NCBI GenBank assembly: GCA_050179755.1
Contig: JBFXEV010000001.1
Coordinates: 1,461,296 to 1,525,295, forward strand
Direction: 5' to 3'
DNA length: 64,000 bases
DNA from: Candidatus Babeliales bacterium
GTDB taxonomy: Bacteria > Babelota > Babeliae > Babelales > JBFXEV01
Positions 37,794 to 47,114 of the stretch are shown here, piece after piece. Both the position numbers and the translations under genes were made by a program. Each line of letters begins with the position of its first letter. Within the stretch, counting starts at the first letter, position 1. Below the pieces are notes generated by a model that searched no databases, was not told where the DNA came from, and saw nothing but the letters and a program-made list of their open reading frames with translations.

Positions 37794-38354
37794 ATGCTTA
37801 CACACTCTATTACGTTACTGATTTTAATTCTGTCATCAGTGAATATGTCCTTAAAGGCAATGGAAACGACTCCAGGGACTGGTAAATTAATTTTACAAAG
37901 TGGTAACTATCAAACGACTCTGAAAGCTAATGCTTTTAAACCCAATTATTTAATTATTCCAAAAGTCACTTCTAGTATTACTGAAGAAGATGGCTATAAG
38001 AGCAGTGTCGTACAAACCATTACAACCTTGCAAATAACACAAGTTAGTCATGCTAACGCTGATAATCCAACTGATATAACATCAAATTTCAGTGAATTTC
38101 CTGTACTTGATATTGGTCCTCTTGAAACTGTCATAAAAGCCGAATTATACAAAAAGTGGGAGGCACAAAAGAAACTTGATGATCATGCGGCTAAAGTTGC
38201 ACAAGGACAAGCCATTCATGCTGCACGAAAAGAAGATAGTGAAAAACTATCAATAACACAACGCAATCCCAAAACAACTATTTTTGTTTCTCTTGCACTT
38301 GGTGCGAGTCTAACATTGTTGTTGTCTCAATGGATTAATAAAGCAGAACTATGA
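37794..38354 (+). CDS. Secreted hypothetical protein with C-terminal hydrophobic segment
   Basis: Signal ...MSLKA|MET; C-terminal IFVSLALGASLTLLL. Confidence 0.65.
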   Translation: MLTHSITLLILILSSVNMSLKAMETTPGTGKLILQSGNYQTTLKANAFKPNYLIIPKVTSSITEEDGYKSSVVQTITTLQITQVSHANADNPTDITSNFSEFPVLDIGPLETVIKAELYKKWEAQKKLDDHAAKVAQGQAIHAARKEDSEKLSITQRNPKTTIFVSLALGASLTLLLSQWINKAEL

Positions 38355-39506
38355 CACTGCTTTAATAACTTCTTGCAAACTCACCAAGCCCATTGAAACT
38401 TTATGCATGCCATCGCTCACCATGGGGCGCATGCCATCTTTACATGCTTGATCATATAACGTATCACGTATGGCACGTTGCATTAAAAGCTCCCGCATGG
38501 CATTAGACATTTCAAGTAATTCAAAAATACCGGTTCGCCCTTTATGCCCTAAGCCATGGCACTCTTTGCAGCCAACGCCACGATACAGCATATCGCACGA
38601 AAGATGTAATTTTTCAAGCATGCGGTGCTCATGAGTATCGGGAGCATAACTTTCTTTGCAGTGCTCACAAATTTTTCTTACTAATCGTTGTGCCATAATC
38701 CCGCTCACGGCAGCATTGAGTAAAAACGGTTCAATACCCATATCAACAAGGCGCGTGAGCGCGCCAGGTGCATGAGCAGTATGCAATGTGCTAAACATCA
38801 TATGTCCTGCAAGCGCTGCTTCAATTGCCACTTGCGCAGTTTGTGCATCACGAATTTCACCCACCATAACAATATCAGGGTCTTGGCGTAAAATAGCACG
38901 CACGCCTTTTTCAAACGTAAACCCGGCCTCGGGGTGAATATTTCCTTGCACTAAACCTTCAATTTGATATTCAACCGGATCCTCAAGTGTTACAATATGT
39001 TGTTCAGTATTATTGAGTGTTGCAAGCGCTGCATATAACGTGCTTGTTTTGCCAGAGCCTGTAGGGCCAGTTACCAGAATGAAACCACTGGCGCGTTGAA
39101 TAAGATCGTTAAATTTTTCAAATAATTGTGGCGACATGCCAAGTTGATCAAATGTATGAAACTGATTATTGCGCTGAAGTAACCGCAAGACCACTTTTTC
39201 GCCTTCTATAGAAGGGAATGTAGAAACACGCACATCAAGAGGCGGATGACCTGCCACTTGTATGGTAAATTTGCCATCTTGAGGAATTCGTTTTTGCGCA
39301 ATGTTAATATGGGCTAAAATTTTAAGACGAGTGATCAAAGAATCTGCAAGATTTTCGGGAATATAGGTATGATGATATAAAAGCCCATCAATGCGAAATC
39401 GCACGCGCAGTCCACGAGCATCTGGCTCAATATGAATGTCTGACGCGTTTTTCTCAAGTGCTTGTGCAATAATGGTATCTACTAATGTGACTGCCGAATG
39501 ACTCAT
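38349..39506 (-). CDS. GspE/PilB-family assembly ATPase (no N-terminal domain)
   Basis: ASDIHIEP, RIPQDG, GPTGSGKT, TLEDPVE, LRQDPDIVMVGEIRD, STLHT, CxxC pairs (CEHC, CKEC). Confidence 0.92.
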   Translation of the reverse strand: MSHSAVTLVDTIIAQALEKNASDIHIEPDARGLRVRFRIDGLLYHHTYIPENLADSLITRLKILAHINIAQKRIPQDGKFTIQVAGHPPLDVRVSTFPSIEGEKVVLRLLQRNNQFHTFDQLGMSPQLFEKFNDLIQRASGFILVTGPTGSGKTSTLYAALATLNNTEQHIVTLEDPVEYQIEGLVQGNIHPEAGFTFEKGVRAILRQDPDIVMVGEIRDAQTAQVAIEAALAGHMMFSTLHTAHAPGALTRLVDMGIEPFLLNAAVSGIMAQRLVRKICEHCKESYAPDTHEHRMLEKLHLSCDMLYRGVGCKECHGLGHKGRTGIFELLEMSNAMRELLMQRAIRDTLYDQACKDGMRPMVSDGMHKVSMGLVSLQEVIKAVS

Positions 39507-39565
39507 GAGCTATTCTCCTACTTACACCTAAGTAGTAGCATAATCATGAAATGAAAAAAAAGAGT

Positions 39566-40126
39566 TTATGAGTTTTCATCTTTATTTGTTTTATAGAAGT
39601 TAGGCTCTTGTTCATGTTCCTGGCCATATTCCTCTTCGGGAGTTTCTTCCGGTTCATTAGGATCACGAACATCTGCAGGCGATTTATCATAAAACTCTGA
39701 TATTGCATCGGTAATATCTTGGTCAAGGCCAACATTAAACACAATATCATAAGAAACATACTCACCAATGCGCGGTAGCAACTCAGGATCTTGCGGATTA
39801 CCTGCAATCATAAGCATAATATTATCATCATGCTCAAGAGGAATAATCACATTTCTGTGCAAGAAATCTTTAGGGAACATATGCAAAGCTTGATGATCAA
39901 AAAAATGACCTAATACGTCAAATGATGGCACATTATAATAGGTGCTTAATGCATTTAATAAATCAGTACGAGAAACAAGGCCTTCATCAAGCAAAAATTG
40001 ATCAAAATTTGCTTTGCCACTTTCTTTAAACCCTTTTACAAGAGCTTGTGCTTCATCTTCTTTAATAACATTATGCAACATAAGGATTCGTGTTAATCCT
40101 TCTACAAATGTTTCTCCTTGTTTCAT
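39566..40126 (-). CDS. Stand-alone GspE/PilB N-terminal (MshEN/T2SSE_N-like) domain protein
   Basis: FLLDEGLVSRTDLLNALS...YNVP...FPKDFLHRNVIIPL...IAGNP; directly upstream of the ATPase; acidic tail. Confidence 0.68.
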   Translation of the reverse strand: MKQGETFVEGLTRILMLHNVIKEDEAQALVKGFKESGKANFDQFLLDEGLVSRTDLLNALSTYYNVPSFDVLGHFFDHQALHMFPKDFLHRNVIIPLEHDDNIMLMIAGNPQDPELLPRIGEYVSYDIVFNVGLDQDITDAISEFYDKSPADVRDPNEPEETPEEEYGQEHEQEPNFYKTNKDENS

Positions 40127-40140
40127 GGCGCTTCCTTTTT

Positions 40141-40539
40141 TTAACCTATTTTAGAACCAAGCCATACACCTAGAATACCGGCAATTACTTGGGCTACATG
40201 TTCTTTAACCCATGCACCAAACATTTCAAAAACATTACCAACGGTATCATGAGTTGAAAACCCAAATAATTGTTTGAAATTATCAGTATGAACGGTTACT
40301 AAATCAAAATATGATAATATGCTTAAGGCTACCACGCTAATAAGCACAGCATAAATAAATTGCCTACCAATACGCTTATATAAAAAACCAGTGATCAAGC
40401 CAATGCCAAAAAAAAGTAAGGTTTGACCAAGAGTATCTACTGAAATATTTAATTTTTGTGCAAGTTCATCAAGATGTAATATATCTTTAAGTGATTCTAA
40501 CCAACCTTTTACAGTAGATTGTGTTTCTGGTGACACCAT
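40141..40539 (-). CDS. FUN14-like small membrane protein
   Basis: FGIGLITGFLYKRIGRQF...LSYFDLVTV pattern and C-terminal AGILGVWLG. Confidence 0.6.
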   Translation of the reverse strand: MVSPETQSTVKGWLESLKDILHLDELAQKLNISVDTLGQTLLFFGIGLITGFLYKRIGRQFIYAVLISVVALSILSYFDLVTVHTDNFKQLFGFSTHDTVGNVFEMFGAWVKEHVAQVIAGILGVWLGSKIG

Positions 40540-40676
40540 GCTCTCTTCCCTTTCCGCCTTTGCACCTAAAAGTGTTATGACGTAATTTTAAAATTGATTT
40601 AATATTCCATCTTCTTACTTATAAGTATACCGAATCAAGCAGAGAAAAGGCAATATTACAGGTGTGACTCTCTAAA

Positions 40677-40708
40677 TAGAAAGAGGTCCACTACGGGACC
40701 TCTTTCTA
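40677..40708 (-). terminator. Intrinsic terminator after HU
   Basis: 13-bp stem TAGAAAGAGGTCC/GGACCTCTTTCTA just downstream of the HU stop. Confidence 0.75.
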
Positions 40709-40726
40709 ATAGCTTTAGAAGCTTTC

Positions 40727-40999
40727 TTAGGCAACTAATTCGCGAAGTGCTTTACCAGGTTTAAACTTAGGAACCTTTTTAGCAGCGATTTGCATTTTTT
40801 TGCCAGTAGCTGGGTTTACACCAGTACGAGCTTTGCGTTTCATTACTGAAAAAGTACCAAAGCCAGTTAACACAACTTGCTTATTTTTTTTCATAGCATC
40901 GCCAACTACATCCATAAACGCTTCAAGCACACGCTTGCAAGTCGCTTTTGATTCTTTTGTTGATTTTGCCATTTGTTCTACTAAGATCGATTTGTTCAT
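40727..40999 (-). CDS. hup: HU family DNA-binding protein
   Basis: MNKSIL...GFGTFSV..RKARTGVNPATG...VPKFKPGKAL. Confidence 0.95.
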   Translation of the reverse strand: MNKSILVEQMAKSTKESKATCKRVLEAFMDVVGDAMKKNKQVVLTGFGTFSVMKRKARTGVNPATGKKMQIAAKKVPKFKPGKALRELVA

Positions 41000-41072
41000 G
41001 GGTTATCCTTCATTAAGTCCTTCAAATTACTCACCCAAACCAAACCTGCTAATAAAACCCGTACTATAGGTA

Positions 41073-41100
41073 ACACTAGATTTTTCTGAATTTTTGTCAA
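41073..41100 (-). promoter_or_regulatory. Putative promoter for HU
   Basis: Minus strand TTGACA-N16-TAGTGT. Confidence 0.4.
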
Positions 41101-41251
41101 GCATTTTCTTGGACGATAATTATTGTTATTTTCAATTTCTGTGTAATCAATATACTCAAAAAGAAGCTGACAATCAACTATACCGTACAGAAAAATATTT
41201 TTAGACTTACAAAAAAATATTTTAAAATATTTTTATTTTTTTTTACTTTGT

Positions 41252-42520
41252 TCACAATTTTATTATAAGCAACTCATCCCACTTAGTGGTAAATGACGGA
41301 GATTTATGTGCTCGTTTTGAGCACCATTCTTTTGTGCTCCCTTGCGCTGCAAACCCAACCGTGCCAGATCCCCATTTATGATTAAGCAAATCAATTTCTT
41401 GCATAATCACACGTTGCTTATCTTGTTGTTCTTGCGAAAGAAACGCATGAATTTGTTCTTGATCTTCAGGAAGTAATTCTGTTGCAATAATACCAGCTCG
41501 TTTATATGAATAACCAGCATAAAAAATTTCTTCTAGCGCCGAGCTTGCAGCAGTAATAATATCTGGCGTATAGGAAGTTGGTTTTAAAAGTTCTATTGCT
41601 CTACTATTATAATATTTATATTCAGTATGATAGCTTGTCATAATAAATACGTAGAGTGAACAGGCAAGCATTTTTTCTTCTCGCAATTTACGCGCTAACT
41701 GCACGGCATAATTTGCAATCGCTTCTTTTAATTCTTGAAGCTCCGTTACTTTTTTACCAAATGAACGCGTATGCGCAATTGATTGCTTATCTTGTGGTTG
41801 TGTGACAATACTCAAGCATGGAATTCCACGCAGTTCATGCACGGTACGCAAGCCCACAATAGTCATATTCTTTTTAATCCAAGCATCTTGTGCATATTTT
41901 AATTGCCGCGCACTTGTAATGCGGTACCGTTTTAATTTTTTTGTATATTGCCTACCAACGCCCCAGATATCTTCAACTTTAAATTGCTCCAAAATTTCAT
42001 CTATATTTGGTGCACGCGTAATATCAAATACGCCTTTATGCTGAATTTGCTTTTTGGCAATGTGATTTGCTACTTTTGCAAGTGTTTTAGTTGGCGCAAT
42101 ACCAATAGAAATAGGAATACCCGTACATTGCAAAACACGCTTGCGCAACAGCCTTCCAAGCTCTAAAGGATCACAAGCCATGCTATCAAAACGTAAAAAT
42201 GCTTCATCAATAGAATATACTTCAATTTCTGGCACATGCTCATGGAGCACGCTCATAACACGCGCTGACATATCGCCATATAAATTAAAGTTAGATGAGA
42301 ACACGCGAATGTTATGGCGCTTAATTAACGCTTCACATTTAAACACAGGAATGCCCATGGCAATACCAAGATCTTTTACTTCTTGAGAGCGTGCCACCAC
42401 ACAACCATCATTATTAGAGAGCACCATTACCGGCACGCCACGCAGCCTAGGATTAAAAACACGCTCACATGAAACAAAGAAATTATTACAATCAATAAGC
42501 GCAAAAAGTTTATTGGTCAT
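41252..42520 (-). CDS. umuC: Y-family DNA polymerase V subunit UmuC
   Basis: ALIDCNNFFVSCE, VLSNNDGCVVARS, YSIDEAF, KTLAKVAN, C-terminal SPSFTTKW; start overlaps the umuD stop (ATGA). Confidence 0.93.
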   Translation of the reverse strand: MTNKLFALIDCNNFFVSCERVFNPRLRGVPVMVLSNNDGCVVARSQEVKDLGIAMGIPVFKCEALIKRHNIRVFSSNFNLYGDMSARVMSVLHEHVPEIEVYSIDEAFLRFDSMACDPLELGRLLRKRVLQCTGIPISIGIAPTKTLAKVANHIAKKQIQHKGVFDITRAPNIDEILEQFKVEDIWGVGRQYTKKLKRYRITSARQLKYAQDAWIKKNMTIVGLRTVHELRGIPCLSIVTQPQDKQSIAHTRSFGKKVTELQELKEAIANYAVQLARKLREEKMLACSLYVFIMTSYHTEYKYYNSRAIELLKPTSYTPDIITAASSALEEIFYAGYSYKRAGIIATELLPEDQEQIHAFLSQEQQDKQRVIMQEIDLLNHKWGSGTVGFAAQGSTKEWCSKRAHKSPSFTTKWDELLIIKL

Positions 42521-43008
42521 GAAACAGAATGAATTGCATGCGTCACTACGCCCCAAATTTCAAAATCCATGTCTTCTGTAATTTTGATAGGCGCAAATGA
42601 TGCATTTTCAGAAACTAAATATAAAGAACCTAAACGATTTTTTACACGCTTAACCGTAAATTCTCCATTAATTGCAGCAACCACAATGCTGCCATCTTTT
42701 GGTTCAAGCGCACGATCTACAATAAGCAAATCACCAGAATTAATACCGGCATCTACCATAGAAGTTCCTTCAACACGCACAAAATACGTTGCAGCAGGAT
42801 GCTTAATCAAATATTCATTTAAATCGAGTGATTTGCCAGGATTTTCATGCGCAAGCGATGGAAACCCAGCAGGAACTTTTTCTTGCAAAAGTGGCACCTT
42901 TATATGTGTGTGTGGCGCGAATGCATAAAAAGTCAGTGTGCTCTCTTTTTGTTGGAGCGTTTTAATAATGCTAAATTTGTTATGAGTTTTATTGTGTGAA
43001 TGTTCCAT
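42517..43008 (-). CDS. umuD: UmuD (S24 peptidase)
   Basis: VPAGFPS cleavage site, GTSM Ser, FTVKR Lys, IWGVV. Confidence 0.92.
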   Translation of the reverse strand: MEHSHNKTHNKFSIIKTLQQKESTLTFYAFAPHTHIKVPLLQEKVPAGFPSLAHENPGKSLDLNEYLIKHPAATYFVRVEGTSMVDAGINSGDLLIVDRALEPKDGSIVVAAINGEFTVKRVKNRLGSLYLVSENASFAPIKITEDMDFEIWGVVTHAIHSVS

Positions 43009-43078
43009 GAGTATTCCGCCTACACTAAATTAATTTATTTATAGTCTACCAGAATTTTATGCAAAACTTAAACAAATA

Positions 43079-44158
43079 TTAATTTACTAAATAACGCATC
43101 ACATCTTTTGCCGCTTTCATGCCATCACCTGCAGCAATAGCGCCCTCTGCATATAAAGCACTAGTGATATCGCCTGCTGCAAAAACGCCTGGTCGGCTTG
43201 TTTGCTGTGAATGATTTTTGAGCATAATATAACCATCGGCATCAAGATCTAATTGTATTTTAAATAATTCAGTATTGGGCACCCTGCCAATACCAACAGC
43301 CACACAATCAGCAGATATAATGTCACCTGTTGATAAGCGTACCCCCGTAAGCTTGCTGCCATCTCCAATAAATTCAGCAACTTCGCTGTTAAATAAAATG
43401 GTAAGTTTTCCTTGAGCACTATAATCATCTAATAATTTCGCACGATCTTTGCCACCATACAGTGAAAACCATTTTAATACAATACCTTCGCCAAGACGAT
43501 TGCCTCGTACCACCAGAACAACCCGCGCACCAGCATTTAAACGGAACACTGCCTTACGTAACGCATCAACACCGCCACCAATAACCACGCACGTGCCACT
43601 TTTTTGTGCACTATCAGGCTTTTGATCATATGAAATAAATGACGCATACTCTTGAGCCCCTGGAACAGTAAGCCAACGTAAACGAGTTCCCATTGCAATC
43701 ACAACTGTTTGTGCCTGAATAGTTTCACCATTATCCAAATGCAAAATATGTATTGGCCCAGAAAAATCAAATGAATCTACTGAACGCGCAATAAACCTTA
43801 CTTCTTTATGTGCAGCCACTTCTGCACGTAAGTCAGATAGAATAAGCGTACCAGAAGTGGTCGAAAGACCAGGCCAATTAGCAACTGGGGTAAAGATATT
43901 CAATGCTCCGCCTGCTTGTTTGCCCTCAAGCACAACAACGGGAATATCTTCTTCTAAAATTGTTTTTGCTGCAGCTAGCCCTGCAGAACCTGAACCTATT
44001 ATTACTACAGGATGTACTTTTTGGGAACTTACTGAGAGTTCAGCCGACGGAGTCATTTGTGTACGTACAGTGCGTCGGATCAATTGAACCGCTGTAACAA
44101 ATCCTAAGATTGCAAAAATGCAAAATATGCCTTTTAATAGTGCACGAATGTATCTCAC
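43079..44158 (-). CDS. TrxB-like FAD-dependent oxidoreductase with N-terminal TM/signal, lacking CxxC
   Basis: IIGSGSAG, IAMG, VIGGG, GIGRVPNT and TSRPGVFAAGD; ISYDQKPD where the CxxC normally lies. Confidence 0.8.
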   Translation of the reverse strand: MRYIRALLKGIFCIFAILGFVTAVQLIRRTVRTQMTPSAELSVSSQKVHPVVIIGSGSAGLAAAKTILEEDIPVVVLEGKQAGGALNIFTPVANWPGLSTTSGTLILSDLRAEVAAHKEVRFIARSVDSFDFSGPIHILHLDNGETIQAQTVVIAMGTRLRWLTVPGAQEYASFISYDQKPDSAQKSGTCVVIGGGVDALRKAVFRLNAGARVVLVVRGNRLGEGIVLKWFSLYGGKDRAKLLDDYSAQGKLTILFNSEVAEFIGDGSKLTGVRLSTGDIISADCVAVGIGRVPNTELFKIQLDLDADGYIMLKNHSQQTSRPGVFAAGDITSALYAEGAIAAGDGMKAAKDVMRYLVN

Positions 44159-44303
44159 ACTTTCCTTTAAGTGATTTTGGAGTATTAAATTTAATTAAGC
44201 GTTAAACATGGTATTTAGTGTAACAAAATATGAAGAGAAACTCGAATGGGAAGGGAAGTGACTGGCTTGCCAGAATTTGCGACGTAGGAGCAAAGACTGC
44301 CCT

Positions 44304-44443
44304 CCTACGCTAATCCAGGCTCACTAAACGTTCGCTTGGCTAGCTCCGAAGCGCAACCTGCGCTTTCGTGTAGTAATTTTCTTTCCTAATAATGAAAAAT
44401 TCCGTGAAGAAGATGGCCTGCCAACCGGAGCTTTAGCGCAGGT
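44304..44443 (-). repeat. tRNA-associated repeat module, copy 1
   Basis: CCTACGCTAATCCAGGCTCACTA...GCTAGCTCCG...GCAACC plus TGGCCTGCCAACCGGAGC...GCGCAGGT; repeated about 305 bp away. Confidence 0.8.
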
Positions 44444-44530
44444 TGGTGCCGAGGGCCGGACTCGAACCGGCACGGGGAAAACCCCGAAGGATTTTAAGTC
44501 CTTTGCGTCTACCTATTTCGCCACCTCGGC
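44444..44530 (-). tRNA. tRNA-Leu (anticodon TAA)
   Basis: GCCGAGGTGGCGAAATAGGTAGACGC...AAGGA-CTTAAAA-TCCTT, long variable arm, GGTTCGAGTCC, encoded CCA. Confidence 0.96.
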
Positions 44531-44607
44531 AGAGATGATGCGCCCTTTTTGAGAGAAAGAGCGGGTATGAAAATTTCGATTTTTATATTTGACTTGCTTG
44601 CGGCCCG

Positions 44608-44748
44608 CCTACGCTAATCCAGGCTCACTACGTTCGCTTGGCTAGCTCCGACACGCAACCCGCACCTTACCGTGAAGGTAAACAACCATAATTATTAAGG
44701 ATATTTCCTTAAAGAGGCTGGCCTGCCAACCGGAGCCTTGGCGCAGGT
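44608..44748 (-). repeat. tRNA-associated repeat module, copy 2
   Basis: Near-identical blocks to 44304-44443 with a different internal spacer. Confidence 0.8.
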
Positions 44749-44822
44749 TGGAGGCGGCACCCGGATTTGAACCGGGGGTCAAGGATTTGCAGTCCCATGC
44801 CTTACCACTTGGCTATGCCGCC
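44749..44822 (-). tRNA. tRNA-Cys (anticodon GCA)
   Basis: GGCGGCATAGCCAAGTGGTAAGGC...CTGCAAA...GGTTCAAATCC...CCGCCTCCA, 74 nt. Confidence 0.96.
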
Positions 44823-44843
44823 CTCTTATTAAGCACTATATTA

Positions 44844-45347
44844 CTATTTTGTTGCAGATTCGGCAATCTTTTTTTGCAAATCGTCAAAAGAAATTATGAT
44901 ATCTGCATCATGAGCCATTCTTTCTGCATATCCTTCGGGAACTTCAAAGTTCTTCAGAAAGCCTGATTCACATTTGCCTACTATAGGAGCACCCTTATGT
45001 TGCCATTCTGCAGTGCCGCCCTCATATGCCCACACATTCTTATAACCACGGTCTTTTAATTGGCGAGCTCCTGCTCCAGAAGAGGTGCATGCATAATTGC
45101 CGCAATAAAGCACTATATGTGTTTTTTCTTTATCCCAATTTTTTTCTGCATACTCCATTAAGTTATCAAATGGCACGTTAATAGAACCTTTGATTGCGCA
45201 ATCTTCATGGTATTTTGGTTCAAGCACGTTCACAATCACCAAACCTTCAGCGCGCTGTGTGGAGGCTCCATCTTTTTTCTCTGGACCAAAACATCCTGCT
45301 AATAAAACACCTAATGCACATGTTGCCACTACAATAAACTTATTCAT
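44844..45347 (-). CDS. Rhodanese-domain lipoprotein
   Basis: Lipobox LAG-C; IKGSINVP, VLYCGNYACTSS, YEGGTAEW. Confidence 0.82.
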   Translation of the reverse strand: MNKFIVVATCALGVLLAGCFGPEKKDGASTQRAEGLVIVNVLEPKYHEDCAIKGSINVPFDNLMEYAEKNWDKEKTHIVLYCGNYACTSSGAGARQLKDRGYKNVWAYEGGTAEWQHKGAPIVGKCESGFLKNFEVPEGYAERMAHDADIIISFDDLQKKIAESATK

Positions 45348-45421
45348 TTTTACCCTAACACTCTACTATCCCTCAACTTACATTCCCCAGGAACTTCGAT
45401 CAGGATCAATTAAATTCTTTT

Positions 45422-46282
45422 CTATAAGGTTTGAAAAAACCGTGACCAACGTACTCTTTTCCAAAAATCAATGGGGTGTTTAATGAAATCCCAAAACCAC
45501 CATGATTCATAACTATCGAGAGACCATAGGCGAAAGATTATTTTTCCATGTATAAATGACGCATCAAGCGGTCCGTAAAAACGAGAATCGGCACTTCCTA
45601 ATCTATTATCACCCATTACCCAATATTGCGTAGGCCCTAAATATACATCAAATTCATCTACTAATCGCTCTCCTATGCGTGCTTGCACAGGCGTTCCTGG
45701 CAATAAAATATTTGGTTTACCAATATGAGCAAATTTTTGTTTTGCATGTTGCACATCATTGGGATTCATGTGATAGAATGGTTGATCTTCAAATGAAACT
45801 TTTGGATCATATGAACGCATACAATAACGATCACTATCAATACTGCTTGCCGCAGTATAAACTGCAATAAGTGGGTAGGGATTTATATATGGCTCATTCA
45901 ATTTTTCACCATTTAAATAAATTACCGGACTGCCATCTTCAATAATACCTTGCACATGATCACCAGGCTTTCCGATAACACGTTTTGTCCAATTACTCGG
46001 GCCCCATACATAATGCTCAAACAAACGTATTACTGGGTTATTAGAATAGGTATGCTGCCAAGCATCATTAAATGTTATAATATCACCGCGCTCTGGGCCA
46101 TAAAACCACATTGTCAATTTCTCAGCCAGAAATCGATCGCCAACAAGCATAGTTTTTTCCATGGAACCGGTTGGCACTTGATATAAGCCAAACAAAAAAG
46201 TTCGCACAAAAAAAATGAGCGGTACAAAAATAATAAGTGTTTTTATTAATTCATATATTTTATTTTTTAAATTTAGTAACAA
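45422..46282 (-). CDS. lepB: Signal peptidase I
   Basis: VPTGSM (Ser), TKRVIGKPGD (Lys), MGDNRLGSADSR. Confidence 0.93.
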   Translation of the reverse strand: MLLNLKNKIYELIKTLIIFVPLIFFVRTFLFGLYQVPTGSMEKTMLVGDRFLAEKLTMWFYGPERGDIITFNDAWQHTYSNNPVIRLFEHYVWGPSNWTKRVIGKPGDHVQGIIEDGSPVIYLNGEKLNEPYINPYPLIAVYTAASSIDSDRYCMRSYDPKVSFEDQPFYHMNPNDVQHAKQKFAHIGKPNILLPGTPVQARIGERLVDEFDVYLGPTQYWVMGDNRLGSADSRFYGPLDASFIHGKIIFRLWSLDSYESWWFWDFIKHPIDFWKRVRWSRFFQTL

Positions 46283-46300
46283 TCGCGTACTTCCTTAGTA

Positions 46301-47098
46301 TTATCCTAACACATAGAGTGGGTCCACATGCTTGCCGCTTGCCATAACCTCTAAATGTAAATGTGATGCATTTTTACCACGCACATGACCAGTAGACCCT
46401 ACGCACCCAATGCAATCACCTGATTTTATCATTTGCCCACGCTTAACATACATCTTATCCAAATGTGCATATCGCGTGGTAATGCCATCTGCATGTGCAA
46501 TCACAATAGATTTGCCATATCCTTTAGGAGAAAACGACGCTTCAATAATTTTGCCAGATGCCACTGCATGCACGGGCGTGCCTTTTAATGCTGCCAGATC
46601 AAGGCCATAATGAAAACCTAATGAACCATTTTTCTTTTTGCGCGGGCCAAACGGTGAACTTATCCAAAATTGCGAACGATCAATCGGCCAGGCTGCTTTA
46701 AACTTTTGCGCAAGCGGATGATCTTTTTTACGCTGACGCCTTTTGGTTGGTGCGGTTGCCATGAGCGTTGGCGCAGTAACTTCTTCTTTTGGTTTTGGCG
46801 GCATAAACTGCTGCAAACACTCTTGGCAAAATAGCCCATCTTCAAATTCGCCTGCCATTTCTTTGCAAGCAGATTGCTCCATCTCTTCTTGCGCAAGAAT
46901 TCTAAAATAGTAATATGCGGCACAATGAGATTGATACTCAGATTTTATTTGATCCAACTGTTTTACTTCATTCAAGAAATAGTTATATGTCCTATACAAT
47001 TGTATGGTCATTATGAACATTGCACACACCAATGCAATTTGCATATAGTACATTAAATTTTTCACTGCACTCCTGCCAAATATACCATACGGTACCAA
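46301..47098 (-). CDS. M23 family metallopeptidase
   Basis: N-terminal TM; HYGLD, YAHL and HLHLEV motifs. Confidence 0.9.
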   Translation of the reverse strand: MVPYGIFGRSAVKNLMYYMQIALVCAMFIMTIQLYRTYNYFLNEVKQLDQIKSEYQSHCAAYYYFRILAQEEMEQSACKEMAGEFEDGLFCQECLQQFMPPKPKEEVTAPTLMATAPTKRRQRKKDHPLAQKFKAAWPIDRSQFWISSPFGPRKKKNGSLGFHYGLDLAALKGTPVHAVASGKIIEASFSPKGYGKSIVIAHADGITTRYAHLDKMYVKRGQMIKSGDCIGCVGSTGHVRGKNASHLHLEVMASGKHVDPLYVLG

Positions 47099-47114
47099 TT
47101 ATCACATTAATTAA

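Noticed and set aside
43009..43078. LexA/SOS box upstream of umuD
   Set aside because: No CTGT-N8-ACAG or GAAC-N4-GTTC found; a lineage-specific box cannot be excluded.
43079..44158. trxB symbol
   Set aside because: The catalytic CxxC is absent.
44262..44822. tRNA-adjacent repeats as prophage/island att sites or a mini-CRISPR
   Set aside because: The repeats lie outside the tRNA sequence, there are only two full units, and no integrase or cas gene is nearby.
44748..44966. 72-aa ORF MEAAPGFEPG...
   Set aside because: It is the antisense translation of tRNA-Cys.
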